From contig JAQGDQ010002376.1 in NCBI GenBank assembly GCA_030141605.1, positions 230,422 through 294,421 on the forward strand: a stretch of 64,000 nucleotides of DNA, in the 5' to 3' direction. A program made the translations under genes and the position numbers. The notes beneath the pieces are model-generated. The model was not told the DNA's origin. It ran no database searches and worked only from the letters and a program-made list of their open reading frames with translations. Shown piece after piece: positions 21,984 through 35,030 of the stretch; the stretch's first letter is position 1; every line of letters begins with the position of its first letter. Origin of the DNA: Tubiluchus corallicola. Taxonomy: Eukaryota; Animalia; Priapulida.

Positions 21984-23017
21984 TAGCTGTCTCTATGACC
22001 TAACCTTCTTTACCTATTGCTCTATAAATTCTTTACCCATCAGATTTTCGGGGATATACTTTATTCGAAGCTGTTAACTATGTCATATATTCAGTTTATC
22101 TGTCATTTGTAAAGCTAACTATTCCAGCAAGCGATATCCATATGAATTTTTTAAATGAACTGATAAAGTAGCATCGTAGTAAAACGAGGAAAACAACTGC
22201 ATGAGTTGCCACAGTGCGTGCTTGGTTGTAAACTTAAGCAGTGCTGGGTCTATTTAGTAAACAAATTTAACTGGTAGCCATCTAAAAATTGTCTGCTACT
22301 TTATCTGTGATGCCGATGTGATAGCATTGCTTCTGAGTGTGGGACTTGGCTTGCATGATAAAAACACGTGCAAAACAACAGAGACTGAAAACTATAGCGT
22401 GACATAGGTAAACAGTTTATTGCCCAACATTACATATCTATGAGTTTTATATACATAAATTACAAAATCATTACTGAACATGATAGCTGTCAGCAAAATT
22501 TAGCAGCAAAACTACTTGTCCTGAGACACTCGTACATACTAAGCTTAAATAATCCATTAACTTTTAAGTTTTTAATTTCATTTTATACTTTGTCTTTGAG
22601 GTTAGACACCATGAGTTTTCGTGTTATATATAGGCCCTAGTCACGAAATAGGCTTAAAAGACGTGCATCTGCGAATTTAAATAAATATGAGTAATTCATT
22701 AAACGCTGTATTTCTGAATCATACAAATGAATTACAAATAAATAAGGAAGTATTAATATAATTTAATATAATTACGTGTACATTGTTAAAAACTATAGGG
22801 ACATATCAAAATACGATAAGACAATGCATTAGACGTGCTCAGTCATATAAATATATTATTATAGTCCTTATAATATATATGCTACATATGGATATAAGCA
22901 AAAAAGAAACAAAACAAACCAAAAAACGAGAATAACATTTATTAACAAAATCACTGGGATAATTAGGTAGCCAATACTTTGATTAAGGTACTTACACGTG
23001 CTATCAAAAAACAACAA

Positions 23018-24969
23018 TCAGGCCGAAACTATTTCATTTTTGTTTATTTTATCATAAACATTTTGAACAAAAGTCATATAGCTCATGAGATTTCTCATCA
23101 TTTGATACGTTCGAAAATCAAATTCTGATGGGTTGACCGGACTCTTGGGAGTAACATCAGCGTCAAACTTCTGCACTACTTGCCCCGTAATGGCTTCCGA
23201 GGTGAAAAATACCAAGGCGATCAAATTCCTAATCTCATCTACGACGTAGACTAGAGAATAATCAAACCCCTCATAAGACTCAGCCGCTTCAGTCACAAAT
23301 TCCAAGATGTTTGTGGTGTTTTTATAAACGAGATCCACCACTTCGAAAGCCTATAAATAAAAATTCATTTAGTTTAGGTATTCTTGTAAAACTTAGTGAT
23401 ACGCGCAGATTATGGCCTGTGATTACATTGCTAAAATAATTAATTTTGAAATAATTTTAAAACTTAAAAAAATTAAAAGAAATAACTTCTATTTTTATAT
23501 TTTCTATGTTTTCTTAGTTTAAGCTTTTTTGAACTTGCCCTATTTTGTTTGATGAATATGAGTATATGTATACTACAAAACAACTAACAAAAAGCCGTAG
23601 TTGGCTAAAGGTAAGCACATATGTAGGCATTTTTAAATACAGTATTGAGATAACCGCCGTCGATACGAATATTTTTCGCGCCAATAAGAACAAACAAGCC
23701 TACATTTCTAGCCAATGCAGTCTATCGAAAATATTAATTTTGTACATTAATCAATCAACATACGCTCCAGTTTGAATCAATGTCTGGCGGAGATGGAAAT
23801 CCTTCGTCGGCGATCAGTCCTGGGTACAAATCATATCCTGGATGAGATTCAAATCCCAACTGAAAAAATGATTTTTAATTATACACAGACAACCCAGAGT
23901 TAATTTTGTCGCTCCTCTTGCGAGAGATAGCTCTCTACACATCAGTGTAGTTGCAATCTGAAACTTAATTTTGACCTGTTATTGTTCTCGCGTGATTGCT
24001 GTGACAGATATTGTCATTGATCACGCCGCTTTTCAGACTTTCTAGTCACAAAACGATGAACGTGCACAAGTGTTTCAAACGTAAGAAAACCACAAGTTCT
24101 AATGCCCAAATTTAACTTGTAGATAGGCCTACTCAATTTCTAACCTTTAGACATCACAGTGAAAGTTTAGCAGTTAAAATAAATATGGACTATGGATGGT
24201 AGGCGTATTCTGTATATATAATATTGATACAATTTGTTACTTTTGTTTTCGTGCGTTATAGTTTTTTGAGTTATAGACGTTGAGCTTATGTGTATGCAAC
24301 ATTATGTATGCTCGCTTACTTCTGCGACTGTTTTTGATGTTTGTATTTTTAACTTGTGTGAGTTGCCATTTATTGTCCTGCGTCGCTATTTAACGTGGAA
24401 AAAGGTCACACCTTCATTGCTGACATAATGGTATTCTAGATTTCAGTAATAATTGTACTTCATATATCTGTCTAACAATCTGCCTTACTGTCTAAGACTA
24501 TAGAATGATTTATGTATGATCTAATATGTGACTATATATGGTCGATAAAGTATAAAGTAAAATATATACAAAATATGTGTACCTTTGGCAGAATTTCGTT
24601 CGAGACTTCTTCAGCTTTGAACCGAACAGCTTGAGCCCGCATGATCACAGTTTCACACTGGGTTAGTTTCTTGACTGTCGCAGGCATTTTGAAATGATGA
24701 GTCACGTGGTTATGCCAATGATTACAGTCCGGCACCTTCTCGTCATTTTTTAGCATGAAAACTGTCAACAATACCACCAAGACGGTAGAGATGTTAAAGT
24801 CGAATTTAAACAAATTTTTAAAGGTTTTAAATCCATTTCTCGATATTTTCTTCAGCCTCACAATAAAGCGCATCATTTTCGTGTCTTTCGTTGTAGTTGG
24901 CTCTTCCATTTCAACTGTTACAACACTGCCACGAGCAACTTGTTCTTCTGCAGTTTTATCCCCCGACAT
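23018..24969 (-). CDS. Orphan 3-exon gene, 271 aa; putative signal-anchored or secreted long-chain four-helix-bundle cytokine-like protein
   Basis: Exons 24969-24583 (AAG|GTAC), 23859-23764 (CAG|TTG...AGC|GTATG) and 23350-23018 (TAG|GCT...TGA), all phase 0, join into one open frame. TATATAA about 170 nt upstream; AATAAA at 22943-22938 and 22421-22416. Basic stretch followed by hydrophobic ISTVLVVLLTVFML. The gene model is well supported; the product call is inference. Confidence 0.8.
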
Positions 24970-25139
24970 GTTTCTTGTTTCTCATATTCAAACGGAACCT
25001 TTGTCAAATTAAAAATTATTAAACCTGGTCAAAAAATAACTATAGACGTTGATACTTGCACTGATATTATCGACAACATTATAGTCACAAAGAAATCAGA
25101 ATGACGAAATAATGATGCAACCTCAGCGCAAAGACTGGC

Positions 25140-25146
25140 TTATATA
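25140..25146 (-). promoter_or_regulatory. TATA box of the orphan cytokine-like gene
   Basis: GCC-TATATAA-GCC on the minus strand about 170 nt upstream of the ATG at 24969. Confidence 0.6.
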
Positions 25147-25558
25147 GGCATTGGTCGGCTTTATCATTTATGTAGGTGGGGGCATAATGAGTATTATCAG
25201 GTGTTATGTCAACTGATGACAATCTTCCAGCATTGCACATGCACATTTACACAGAAGGGATTTATCAGTTTTGAGTTGACTATCTAGATCTAGGAATAGG
25301 CGATATGACGTTCTCTCGCGGGTAGCGCTAAATCATTAAATTGTTTGAACTAGCTATATTCACGATAGAAATAAAAGCTGGATTGTTGTCATCTATAATA
25401 GTCAACTTTATAAAAAAATTTAATATCAGAAATTATAGACCTGCATATAGTAACGCAGACTATTTCAAAAATTCAAACCTATTAAACACCCAATGATTTA
25501 CAGTAAAAAGCAGAAAATGTGGTCTTCAGAAATTTCATCATTTTATATACCATAACGA

Positions 25559-25560
<2 letters not shown>

Positions 25561-25635
<75 letters not shown>
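25561..25635. repeat. (TA)n microsatellite
   Basis: Perfect TA run of about 75 bp. Confidence 0.95.
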
Positions 25636-25638
<3 letters not shown>

Positions 25639-27619
25639 GTAATCTGGGAAGAATAAATGTAAATTTCAATCAGTCACATGAAAAGGTCTCATAATCTGGA
25701 GATGTACACAAAACAAATAAAAGGTTTACAGTGAGAGTTTAATCCCCGCTGCCTGGTTTGCGAAGCAAACTTTTCTGTATTATGAAGTTCAATGTAAGTC
25801 ACATTAAACCTGACTATAATAACGAAGATGCTTCGGCACATTGTGTTTTTGGCGTTGAAGCTAAATAGTCACCATTTATTTACATCAACGTAGTTGTTTA
25901 TGCTAAGTTTTTACAACATTTACATCAAACCATAAAGTATTTTTTACTTTGCCGGTGCATTTTTTGGTACTGATCCACTAGAGAAAGTGACTGAACTGTT
26001 TTCTAGTGGAAAGGAACTTTTTGGAGTTCACAAAACTGATACGATTCGCCACTTGAAAATTTGTGCTGCTTTTAGTGCTCTCTTCGTAAGTGTGCGTACG
26101 TATAGTAATATTTTACTTTAAATTCAAAGTTTTCAGATTATTGTAAATGCCATTTGCCACGGAAAGCGAAAAAGTTTATTAGATGTAGATTTTAAAGCAC
26201 AATAAACTATTTTAAATTACATACGTATGTAATACTTATACTGTAAACGTGTACGAACTATCAATTGAATTTTAACGTTCGTGTAGGAATTTAAGTTTAT
26301 AAGCTTATCGCGTTACTACTAATAAGTGTATAATATTCTTACCTTGCAGCTGCACGTGCAGTATTCTTGTTACTGAAGATATGTGCTTTCTGGCGCTTGA
26401 TGTGTGTCAATAATACCTGTGCTTCGCTATGCCTGTGCCTTATGAATACTTAGGTTGGTGTAAAGGGAAAACCCAACATCAACAACCTTGCCCGGGCTTT
26501 ACTCATCCCCGTCTTATTGTACGGGGATAACCTGTGGCTAATTTAAGTCACTTAAATGGGGAAAGCATTCCTTCCACTAACAGAAGTGCCTACGCTATCG
26601 TTTCCAAAATCTCCATCGGCTACTGAACAAGCATTGTTAATTTAGCACTTTAGTTTAGTAATTATTATAATTATGTACAGATATATTAATGCAAGTGCAG
26701 AATGGAAGTACAGGTTTATATTTTAATGAATTATTCAGTTATGCTCCTACAAGACGCCTTTAAGTTGACGATTTTAAATTGTATAAAAAGTTTTTTAGAT
26801 TAAATTTATTCAAATACTTGATCTTTTGCAAACAGTGTTGTAATAATTGTTTATATTCACTACCAGTGTCAGCTGCTTTTATCAAAGCACTAAACGGTGT
26901 ACACTTTGCCAGAAGTATTTACTTCCGAGAAAAAAACTGCCATTTCCCAGAACTGGTAAATAAAATGCACGGAAAATGTAATGAATCATAGATTTACAAC
27001 GTTAGAACGATAAGGTAGTGAATCATGTTGAAGTTTGCATAAACGCAATAGTGAGTACTCACGGCGAGTAATTGATTATCAACTTTAAGCAGCACAAAGC
27101 AGGGCAACTGATTTGTAGGGAAACTGCAAATTAATATCACTCTTGGATAGTACTTTTACAGTGATTCCGAATCATTTCTTGATGTTTAGAGATGTTCATG
27201 CATCTGAATGTGACTGTGATATCTCTGCCTGTTCAGTATTTTATCTCAGAGGCTTATCTTGCTATTGAACTTGCTAGCGAAGTAGCATAATTCATTGGGC
27301 ATATGTCGACCTCAAGATATTAACAAATCTGTATCGTTCGCAAAGCTTTGTATTTTGATTTTTAATAATTATTATTTATCAAGTATTATCTTAAATCTTA
27401 TGAAAACCAAGTGAATTAAAGTGATTATGTGCAGCATGTGATACAATGCAAATTACGCCGAGAGAAAAGTTTCATCCTAAAAAGTAGTAATCTTAAATTG
27501 TAGCAATGAATTTTCAAAACAAACCCAAAACGAAATACAAAAAAACAAGATTGACCCTAAACAATACGTTATTTGAAATGAATCTGATTTTTGTTAGTCA
27601 TTAATCAAAGCCCTGTAGA

Positions 27620-27912
27620 TAACTAAAGAAGAACAGAAAGAGAAAACCCGAAAGAGAGAGAGGGAGGAGATACAAAGAGTGAAAAAGTGAGGGGATGACA
27701 GAGAGAAAGGGAAAGGGAGGGATGCCGGGTAGGGAAAGAACAAAACGGGTGAGAGAATACGAATACGAATAAGAAACTGCTTTCTCAGCATAATTTGCAT
27801 TGTATCATTTGCTACACATAATCACTTCAAATTCAATTGAGAGGGCGGGCTGAGAAGTGAGATGGAAAGAGAGAAGAAAGGGAGGGAAAGAGACAAAGAC
27901 AAAGGGAAAGAC

Positions 27913-27958
<46 letters not shown>

Positions 27959-28085
27959 GAATAAGGGCGATAGAACGGGGGAGAAAGTGAAGAAAAGAGG
28001 GAGATGAAAAGAGGGAGAAGATGAGAGGGATAAGATGGGAAATGGGAAAGAACTACAAGGGAGAACCAGACAGAGAAAGAGAAAT
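27620..28085. repeat. Purine-rich GA low-complexity tract including (GA)n
   Basis: Two strongly A/G-biased blocks, with (GA)n at about 27921-27950. Confidence 0.8.
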
Positions 28086-28140
28086 CGAAAGCTTTATTCC
28101 ACTAAGACAGCAAACTTTTAGCAGTTAAAAAGTAACCGTG

Positions 28141-28316
28141 ATTTTCCTGTTAAGAAATCTTTCTGGTAAATGCTTTTTCTGTGAAACGAGGTTTCTGGGG
28201 AAAATATTTTCCGGGAAAAAAGTTTTCTGGCAAAAAGTTTTTTCTGGCAAATATCTTTTCTGGGAAGTTACTGTTTCTCGGAAATGGTTTTTCTGTGAAA
28301 AAAACTTCTGGCAAAC
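28141..28316. repeat. Degenerate 15-17 bp-period minisatellite (TTTTCTGGNAAA core), probably TE-derived
   Basis: About 10 copies of a TTTC(T/C)NNNAAA-like unit. Confidence 0.7.
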
Positions 28317-30056
28317 GAACCTAAACCAACTAAAACGTTTTATACTGCGTTACTGACCGTCTTGTGCCTGGGTCCAATCCTTCAGTTTCTCCCATCGGAG
28401 CGGGATGTACCTATTTGTGGGCCTTAGGCCAACAAATCAATGGGCCCTAAATTGTACTTATCGTGCAGAGGCCCCATTCTCCGAGCACTGTACTTATTGT
28501 ACAGGGGCCCTTATGGTTTCGAATATATCATACAATGAAATAACCGGTGTAGATTTGAAACAAGAGTTATTTACAGGCACGGTGGATGACAAATTAGTTT
28601 CAGTGGGACACCAGGTACCCGTGGGCCCTAGGGCCAGTGACTTATTATGCCCTTGGAAAATCCGGCTCTATCGCCCAATCTACATGCCTTGATTAAGATT
28701 TTATAATTTTAATCATGATAATATGCAAACATGTCATTTTTAAAACAAATAATATAAGAAAGTGCTCAGTAGTCTTGATGCTTTGGTGTATGAGGTAGAC
28801 TGAGATACACAACCACACACTGAGATAAAATTTATTGTTCAAGCCAAATGTATCAGCGCAAAATTGCATTACATATGCGCACTGTAACATAGAAAAAAAC
28901 ATATTTTAAAGCTTAATATTATTATAAAATTTGAAAAAATATCAGTACATATAATACGACCTAGCATAAAAAACTTTGCATCAGTTTGCAAGCTGTCATG
29001 TTGATAAATTCAGAAATAGGAATCTCAGGTCTCTCTCTTTACCTCTGACCTAGTCTTAGCTTTCCTGAAAAAAATACGCGCAATAAAATACCAGTCGATG
29101 AGCGCAACATCGAGATAATATAATTTGGTGAATAAAATTTAGTATTTGTTAGTGATGCAGATATTAATATTTATTTCTTACACGATATATACAGTACTGG
29201 CATGTCATAGATAAGCATTCTGACACGGGCAACCAGTGTTACCATTTCTTATGGCTGACAGGACAAATTCATCCCAGCGAGAAATGAAATAATAGTTCGA
29301 TCCATTATGAAGCCATTGCACATCAATTTCAATTCAATTCAATTCAATTTATTTTCTCATTAGCAGTTTAAAATTCCTCTTAATTATGCACATCAGCATT
29401 GTATACCAGGTATAAAATCACTGACATCGAATGGCCTCATTGATTCAGCAGGTAAACGGACACAAACGGACAGCATCTGTAGAAAGTTTTTCATCATCCT
29501 AGCATTGAATCCAGAAGACTTGACATCCGAAATACGAGGGAACAAACCGACCCGGAAAGCAACCAATCAAACAAGGGCGAGGACTCATTGCGATATCAAG
29601 ACAATCAGCTGAAAATAAAGTCGCTAGTTCAATAAAAATAACTAATGCAGTACATTGCAGTACAAAATCAAATTATCTCACAGACGTTAAAAGGTGAATC
29701 TCCGGAAGCAGACTTACAAGTAAAATTACGGAATTACTATAAGTAAAACTACAGAATTACTACAAATATTTCAAACCAGCACATGAAAGATAAAAATAAA
29801 TCACTAATTTCTTATTTTATTTACAAAGATATTAAGCGTGGAGGAAATTCTTGCATCAATTTTTAAATCATTCGACGCTTTTGATCCTTTACACTGAAAT
29901 GTGTGAAAATCGCATTTAGCAGCTCTAATCGTTGGTAAGGAGTTTCAAAGATTTACAGTAACTAAGTTATCTCATTTGTCATTGTACGACTGTTTAATTG
30001 CTTGCAAAAAATAAATGATAATTCTTTTTATAAATTATTATTTATAAATGCATTAG

Positions 30057-30425
30057 TGTTATGGAGATCCATTAGAATTGAATAGAAAATTGTAGAATGT
30101 TTTATAGTATAGTAGAACAATCTTTTTACCTTGTAGAAGCAATCGTAGATTCTAGAACTTTCTATACGCGATGCGTGTAGTAGTTTCTAGATTGTTCTGG
30201 TGTTGTCCATTTGCATTAGTATATAAGGCGGAGCTGGCCGCTCGAGTTTATTCTCAGATTCTCAGATTTATCTCAGATTCCCAGATTATCGAATGCTATT
30301 TTCCTATCATTTGACTGTACATATTTTGCATTCCTTCATATTTTGCGTTGTGGAAATCTCACACAATAAACCAGTTTAATTTGACAACGTGTTTTCTTGT
30401 TTTCTCTACAGAAAGAAACACAGCA
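30057..30425 (+). mobile_element. Solo LTR (369 bp)
   Basis: TG...CA ends flanked by the 5-bp direct repeat ATTAG (30052-30056 and 30426-30430); internal TATATAAG (30220) and AATAAA (30365) in U3-R-U5 order. Confidence 0.72.
30149..30198. promoter_or_regulatory. Heat-shock elements inside the solo LTR
   Basis: aTTCtaGAActTTCt (30149-30163) is a perfect 3-unit HSE; tTTCtaGAttgTTCt (30184-30198) has one mismatch; both lie just upstream of the TATA box. Confidence 0.6.
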
Positions 30426-30488
30426 ATTAGTAATGTTATTTATCTGTCATAACATATGTACTGTATACATACCTATGTACAGTAACGC

Positions 30489-30845
30489 GCATACAACAAA
30501 ATAAAACTGCCCAAAATGAATTTTCCTACCGACATACGACAGTCAAGCAACCATTTACTGACCGGTCCATGTTGCTTAAGTTCGGTTGCTAGGCACACGC
30601 CATTACCACTCAGCTGTTACACGCCCCAGACTACTAGGTTGTGCCATATTTCCCTTTTCGTTTCTATTTATTTTGCTGCATACAACAAAACAAAACTGCC
30701 CAAAAGAAATTTTCCTGCGTACAGTTAAGCACTTATTTACTAACCACTCCTGTGTTGTTTAACTCTCATTGCTAGCACACGCCTTTACACTCGGCTGTTG
30801 CTCGCCCCGGACTACTAGGTTGCCATATTTCCTTTTTTATTTGCT
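30489..30845. repeat. Tandem duplication of a ~190-bp unit (2 diverged copies)
   Basis: CATACAACAAAA.AAAACTGCCCAAAA.GAA.TTTCCT...GCACACGCC...GACTACTAGGTTG.CCATATTTCC occurs twice. Confidence 0.8.
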
Positions 30846-32937
30846 AGTACCGGTGAAAAATACTGACACACCTGCAATTATATTCCGCCTACTTTAGAAG
30901 CTTCAACGCAGTCCCACAGGAAGCTAAATTTACTGATAAATGTTATCGACCGAATGAAGAAAATTTATGGCTGACGATGGTGTTTACATGGTGTATCACG
31001 TATACAACACAAATATAACGTGGCGATATTTTATTCGCAACGTTATTCTGACTGCGCCATCGCCGGAAATATTACGTTAAATTGCAAACAATAACGTTTA
31101 TCATTACATGTTTACAATTGTCAGGCTTACAGCATAGCATAGATGGGCCACAAGCAGCTTCAAAATCTTTAGCCTCGTGAATATGGCACATGAAACTATT
31201 AATAGCGATCGCAAGATGTTATCAAGGCAGGATGTCACGTTAGAAGTAAATATTAAGTCTCTCACACTGATATTAAGCACCAACGCCGGAAACACGGTAA
31301 AAATGGCAAACATAATGTTTACATACTATAGGTCTAAGGTGTGATTATATTGCGAGCCGTAGTAAACTAATCATTAATTCATTGCTATTTAGTATTAATA
31401 GTAATGGACACGGTTTTTTTTTGGAAAAAGAACAGCCGAGTGGTTACGGTATTGCGTTGAATAACGACCAAAGTTAACAACTGGCAAAGCTGATCAGAGA
31501 ATGGTGTGAGACTGTAAGGTTTAGTGCTTTCTCTGGGTGGCATTTACCGAATTTATCTCGTTGAATTAAAGACATGATTAAGACACCTTTACTGCTTCAG
31601 CATCTCATCTGAGAGCCTTGGTATCAAGCTATATTACAGTCCCACTGAACCAGAATCTGGAACCTGTGACTTACTAGACTATGGGCAGAGTAGTGATATG
31701 CCAATCTCACCTACAAAATACCACAGAATGTGTTGTTGCGCAATTTATCAGCTAACCAGCAATATTTAGGAAACAATGCAAGACTAATCATAGCCAAGGC
31801 CTGGCTACATAAAATCAGTGACCTATAGAGAACTCTCTCTTGAGAGCTGTAAACAATACTTCTAATGTAATAATACATGATCTTTTTCTTCTTAGCAGAA
31901 TGTCCTTTCTGGACAATAGACGATTAATTAAAATCAGTAAAAATATTTGAGGTTAACATCTATCGTCCAGGATTTGACAGCTCCAGTAATTTTATTTTCA
32001 CACTTACGCATCAAAGACAAAAGTATTGCTATCCAGGAGCACGAGTGCAGCTTTGTTGTTTATGAATTTAACTACAAGAATACATTGTGGTTAAATAATA
32101 CATTGGTATGACGAAATGCCAAGGATCTCTGAACACAGGGAAAAAAGAAAGAAAGGGCGCAACGTTCCGACCTACCAATTAGTTTTTCTTCAGGTAAACA
32201 AAAGAAAGGACAATAAGAAGTGAGCTTGAAAAATCACAAAGAATGCTACAGCTACTTAACTGTTTTTTAGTTAATGATACAGGCACCTAGAAAAAAAGCA
32301 CAGCAGCAAAGCAGAGACGAACACAAGGCAAAAACAATGAAAGTATAAAACGTTAATTAATATGTGTCTGTATCCTTTTCAATGTGATATCCTTTTTATG
32401 TGTTAATAATGTAAACTAAAGTTAATATTATACTAGAACAGTAATTTTACAATAATTATACTGTAAACTAAAAACGCCCTACAAAAATTTGTTCACTACC
32501 AGTTCTGGTAATTCCTTGTGATTTTCTTCTTTTTTCTTGTCCTTTTTTTGTTCGCTAAAAGAGAAACTACAGTGGTAGTTTAAAGCACTTTGCCTTTTTC
32601 TACTTGTTTTTAGTTTATAGATTTTTTTTATTGAAAAGCAGAAAACAGTAGATTCTGTAGATTCTGAAAACACTGTTTTCTGTTTTTTATTCACAAGTAG
32701 AATAAAAAACATACGGTAGAGAAACCATAACAATGGAAAATTTTAAAACCATAGACATGGAACAAAGCAAGTATGACTTATTAATAAATGTAGCACGTCA
32801 TATAAACAAGAACAATTAAACTGGTACTGAAATTAAAATTTAAATTAAAGGCTTCCTTTCAATTTTCTAATATTATAGTATCATCCAGTGTCTGCTCATC
32901 ACCCTCCAGCTCCCTCTGAGGTAAACCATTTCCATGT

Positions 32938-33086
32938 GAATGCATGCTTGCCTGGTTAAATGCTTCCTAATTGGCCACTCTTGTTATTTCCTGATTAGTT
33001 GGAAAGTGGTTTCACTTCTCTTCTGTATTCACATATTATTAACATATGAATGATTAAGCATTTTAATTGGCATAATACATATAAAG

Positions 33087-33132
<46 letters not shown>

Positions 33133-33315
33133 GCGTGTGCGTGTGCGTGTGCGTGTGCGCGCGCGTGTGTGTATGTCAGTTTCAATCTATCTATTTCAAT
33201 GCATGCGTGCCTGGTTGAATGCTTCCTAACTGGCCATTCTTGCTATTTCCTGATTAGTTAAAAATTGGCTTTTCTTCTGTATTCACAGGTTATTAACATA
33301 TGAATAATTAAACAT
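32938..33315. repeat. Direct repeat (~125 bp x2) flanking a (GT)n/(GTGC) microsatellite
   Basis: AATGCATGC.TGCCTGGTT.AATGCTTCCTAA.TGGCCA.TCTTG.TATTTCCTGATTAGTT...ATTAACATATGAAT at ~32939 and ~33198; microsatellite at 33088-33172. Confidence 0.85.
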
Positions 33316-35030
33316 TATAATATGAGATATGGGATATGTGTATTATATCCCATATTTTAGTATAATTACAGGATATTATAAGGATGCTATTAATCAGGTG
33401 CATGGGATGTAAAATAAAAATGTCAAGATTTTGCTCTGAATCCTTTATTATAATAGCTTTTGCCTATGCTTTGCCGTAACACCCAGATGTGGCATGTGCC
33501 TAAATTGACTGTTGTTACAATAATGCTGCGAAAATTCAAAAGTGTAATAGTGTACAGTGCAACACACTCAGGCCAATATTGATATTTTCCCTCGCTTTGG
33601 CTTGTTGTCTTTCTCTTGTTGGGTTGTGCAATCTCCGTTGCTAAAGGAATGCTAAGTTGCAGAACAAGGCCACCACTTTCACACACATACGAGCTGCGTA
33701 CAACACAATTAGGCCTGCAAATCACAGCCAATCAGGCAATGTATCTCGACATAACATAGTGAAGCATAGTGGTATCAGAGCAAAGAAGGTAGTAACAGCA
33801 ACGATGCAGCCTCGAGTACTCTCTTAATCAAAAAAAAATACATCACTCTAATTATGTGGTGTACAGTACTTGGAGACATTTGGGTTATTTATTTCCCACA
33901 GGGCAACAACATACCTACAGACAAGATGAAGAGACAAGGACTCAAGTTCGTTTTCAACAACAGTATTATTACAGTAGGCAATCTAGACACATAGCAATAA
34001 TATAGTAATGAATGCATACCAAAGGTGAATATTTGAATATCAAAGAAAGGACAGCGTCGATCTGTATGGTGTTGATGATGATGTTGAGAGTTAACTGAGG
34101 ATCTAGTCACTCCAATCCTCATACGTAATTCCAGCAAATCCGTATCTGTTTTTAAGCACATCTTCACCACATAACCTTTCACTACGCCCTCCCCCCGCAC
34201 AACCCCACAGTGGAACAAGTTGAGTGTAGATGACTAGCCATGTTATTCAACTAGAAGCAGAACTACATGGCTACGTAAAATCATTAACGATCAAACATCA
34301 TTTTGCATTACTACTCAATGTACTAGCAAACAGATATGGCGATGTCTAGACAGCGAGAAAAGAAAATTAAAGATCGTCAAGTATTTGTGAAATCGATTCA
34401 TATCAACTGTGCTATAACAATAGCCAAAAACAACAGTGCCATAACAAAAGCCAAGAACAGGTGAAGTTAAGAATTTAGAGGCAGTGAATAAGAAGTAGTA
34501 ACGAAAATTGTGTAAGCTTAATTTTTTTTAATTAAGATTACATTATAGTGTACTTTAATGCTTTACGTTTTCCAGCTGTAGAATTAATCCAACTGCAACT
34601 AGGACATACAAAATGAGCATGCTGCTCTGAGCCACTTCTGCTTCCACACTAATCTTGATTCATCCAACATCTTCTAGTAGAAGATTAATAATAATTATTA
34701 TAAATCTGTGTCACACCAGTTTAATATTTTAATATAACGAGATTTATCATAACTGGTCGTGAATAGTCGCACAATAATTGCGGTTCCCTCTTTTTCAAAA
34801 CGTTTTTGCAAAATTCCGGCTAAGTACCAAAAGTAATTAATAATGCGCTAGCTGCGGACTTTTGCACTTGCCTACTGGTGTACATAACAAATTTTTTAAA
34901 TGTTGCTTAAAAAGTGACTAACTGACACCAATTTATTCCCTCATACACTTTTAAGGTATCATAAGGTATCAAATTGTATCAAAGGTTACAATTTTGTATT
35001 ATCAAGTTAATGTTCAGCGTAACGATCTGT

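Noticed and set aside
28141-28316. Repeat array considered as CRISPR-like
   Set aside because: Eukaryotic context, degenerate 15-17-bp units with no unique spacers and no cas genes.
28399-28667. GGGCCC-rich segment resembling a MITE
   Set aside because: Only short imperfect terminal inverted repeats and no clear TSD; the 95-aa ORF over it has no coding support.
30426-30454. Alternative LTR right end (CATAACA, inverted match to TGTTATG)
   Set aside because: No target-site duplication at that end, whereas 30425 gives a perfect ATTAG TSD.
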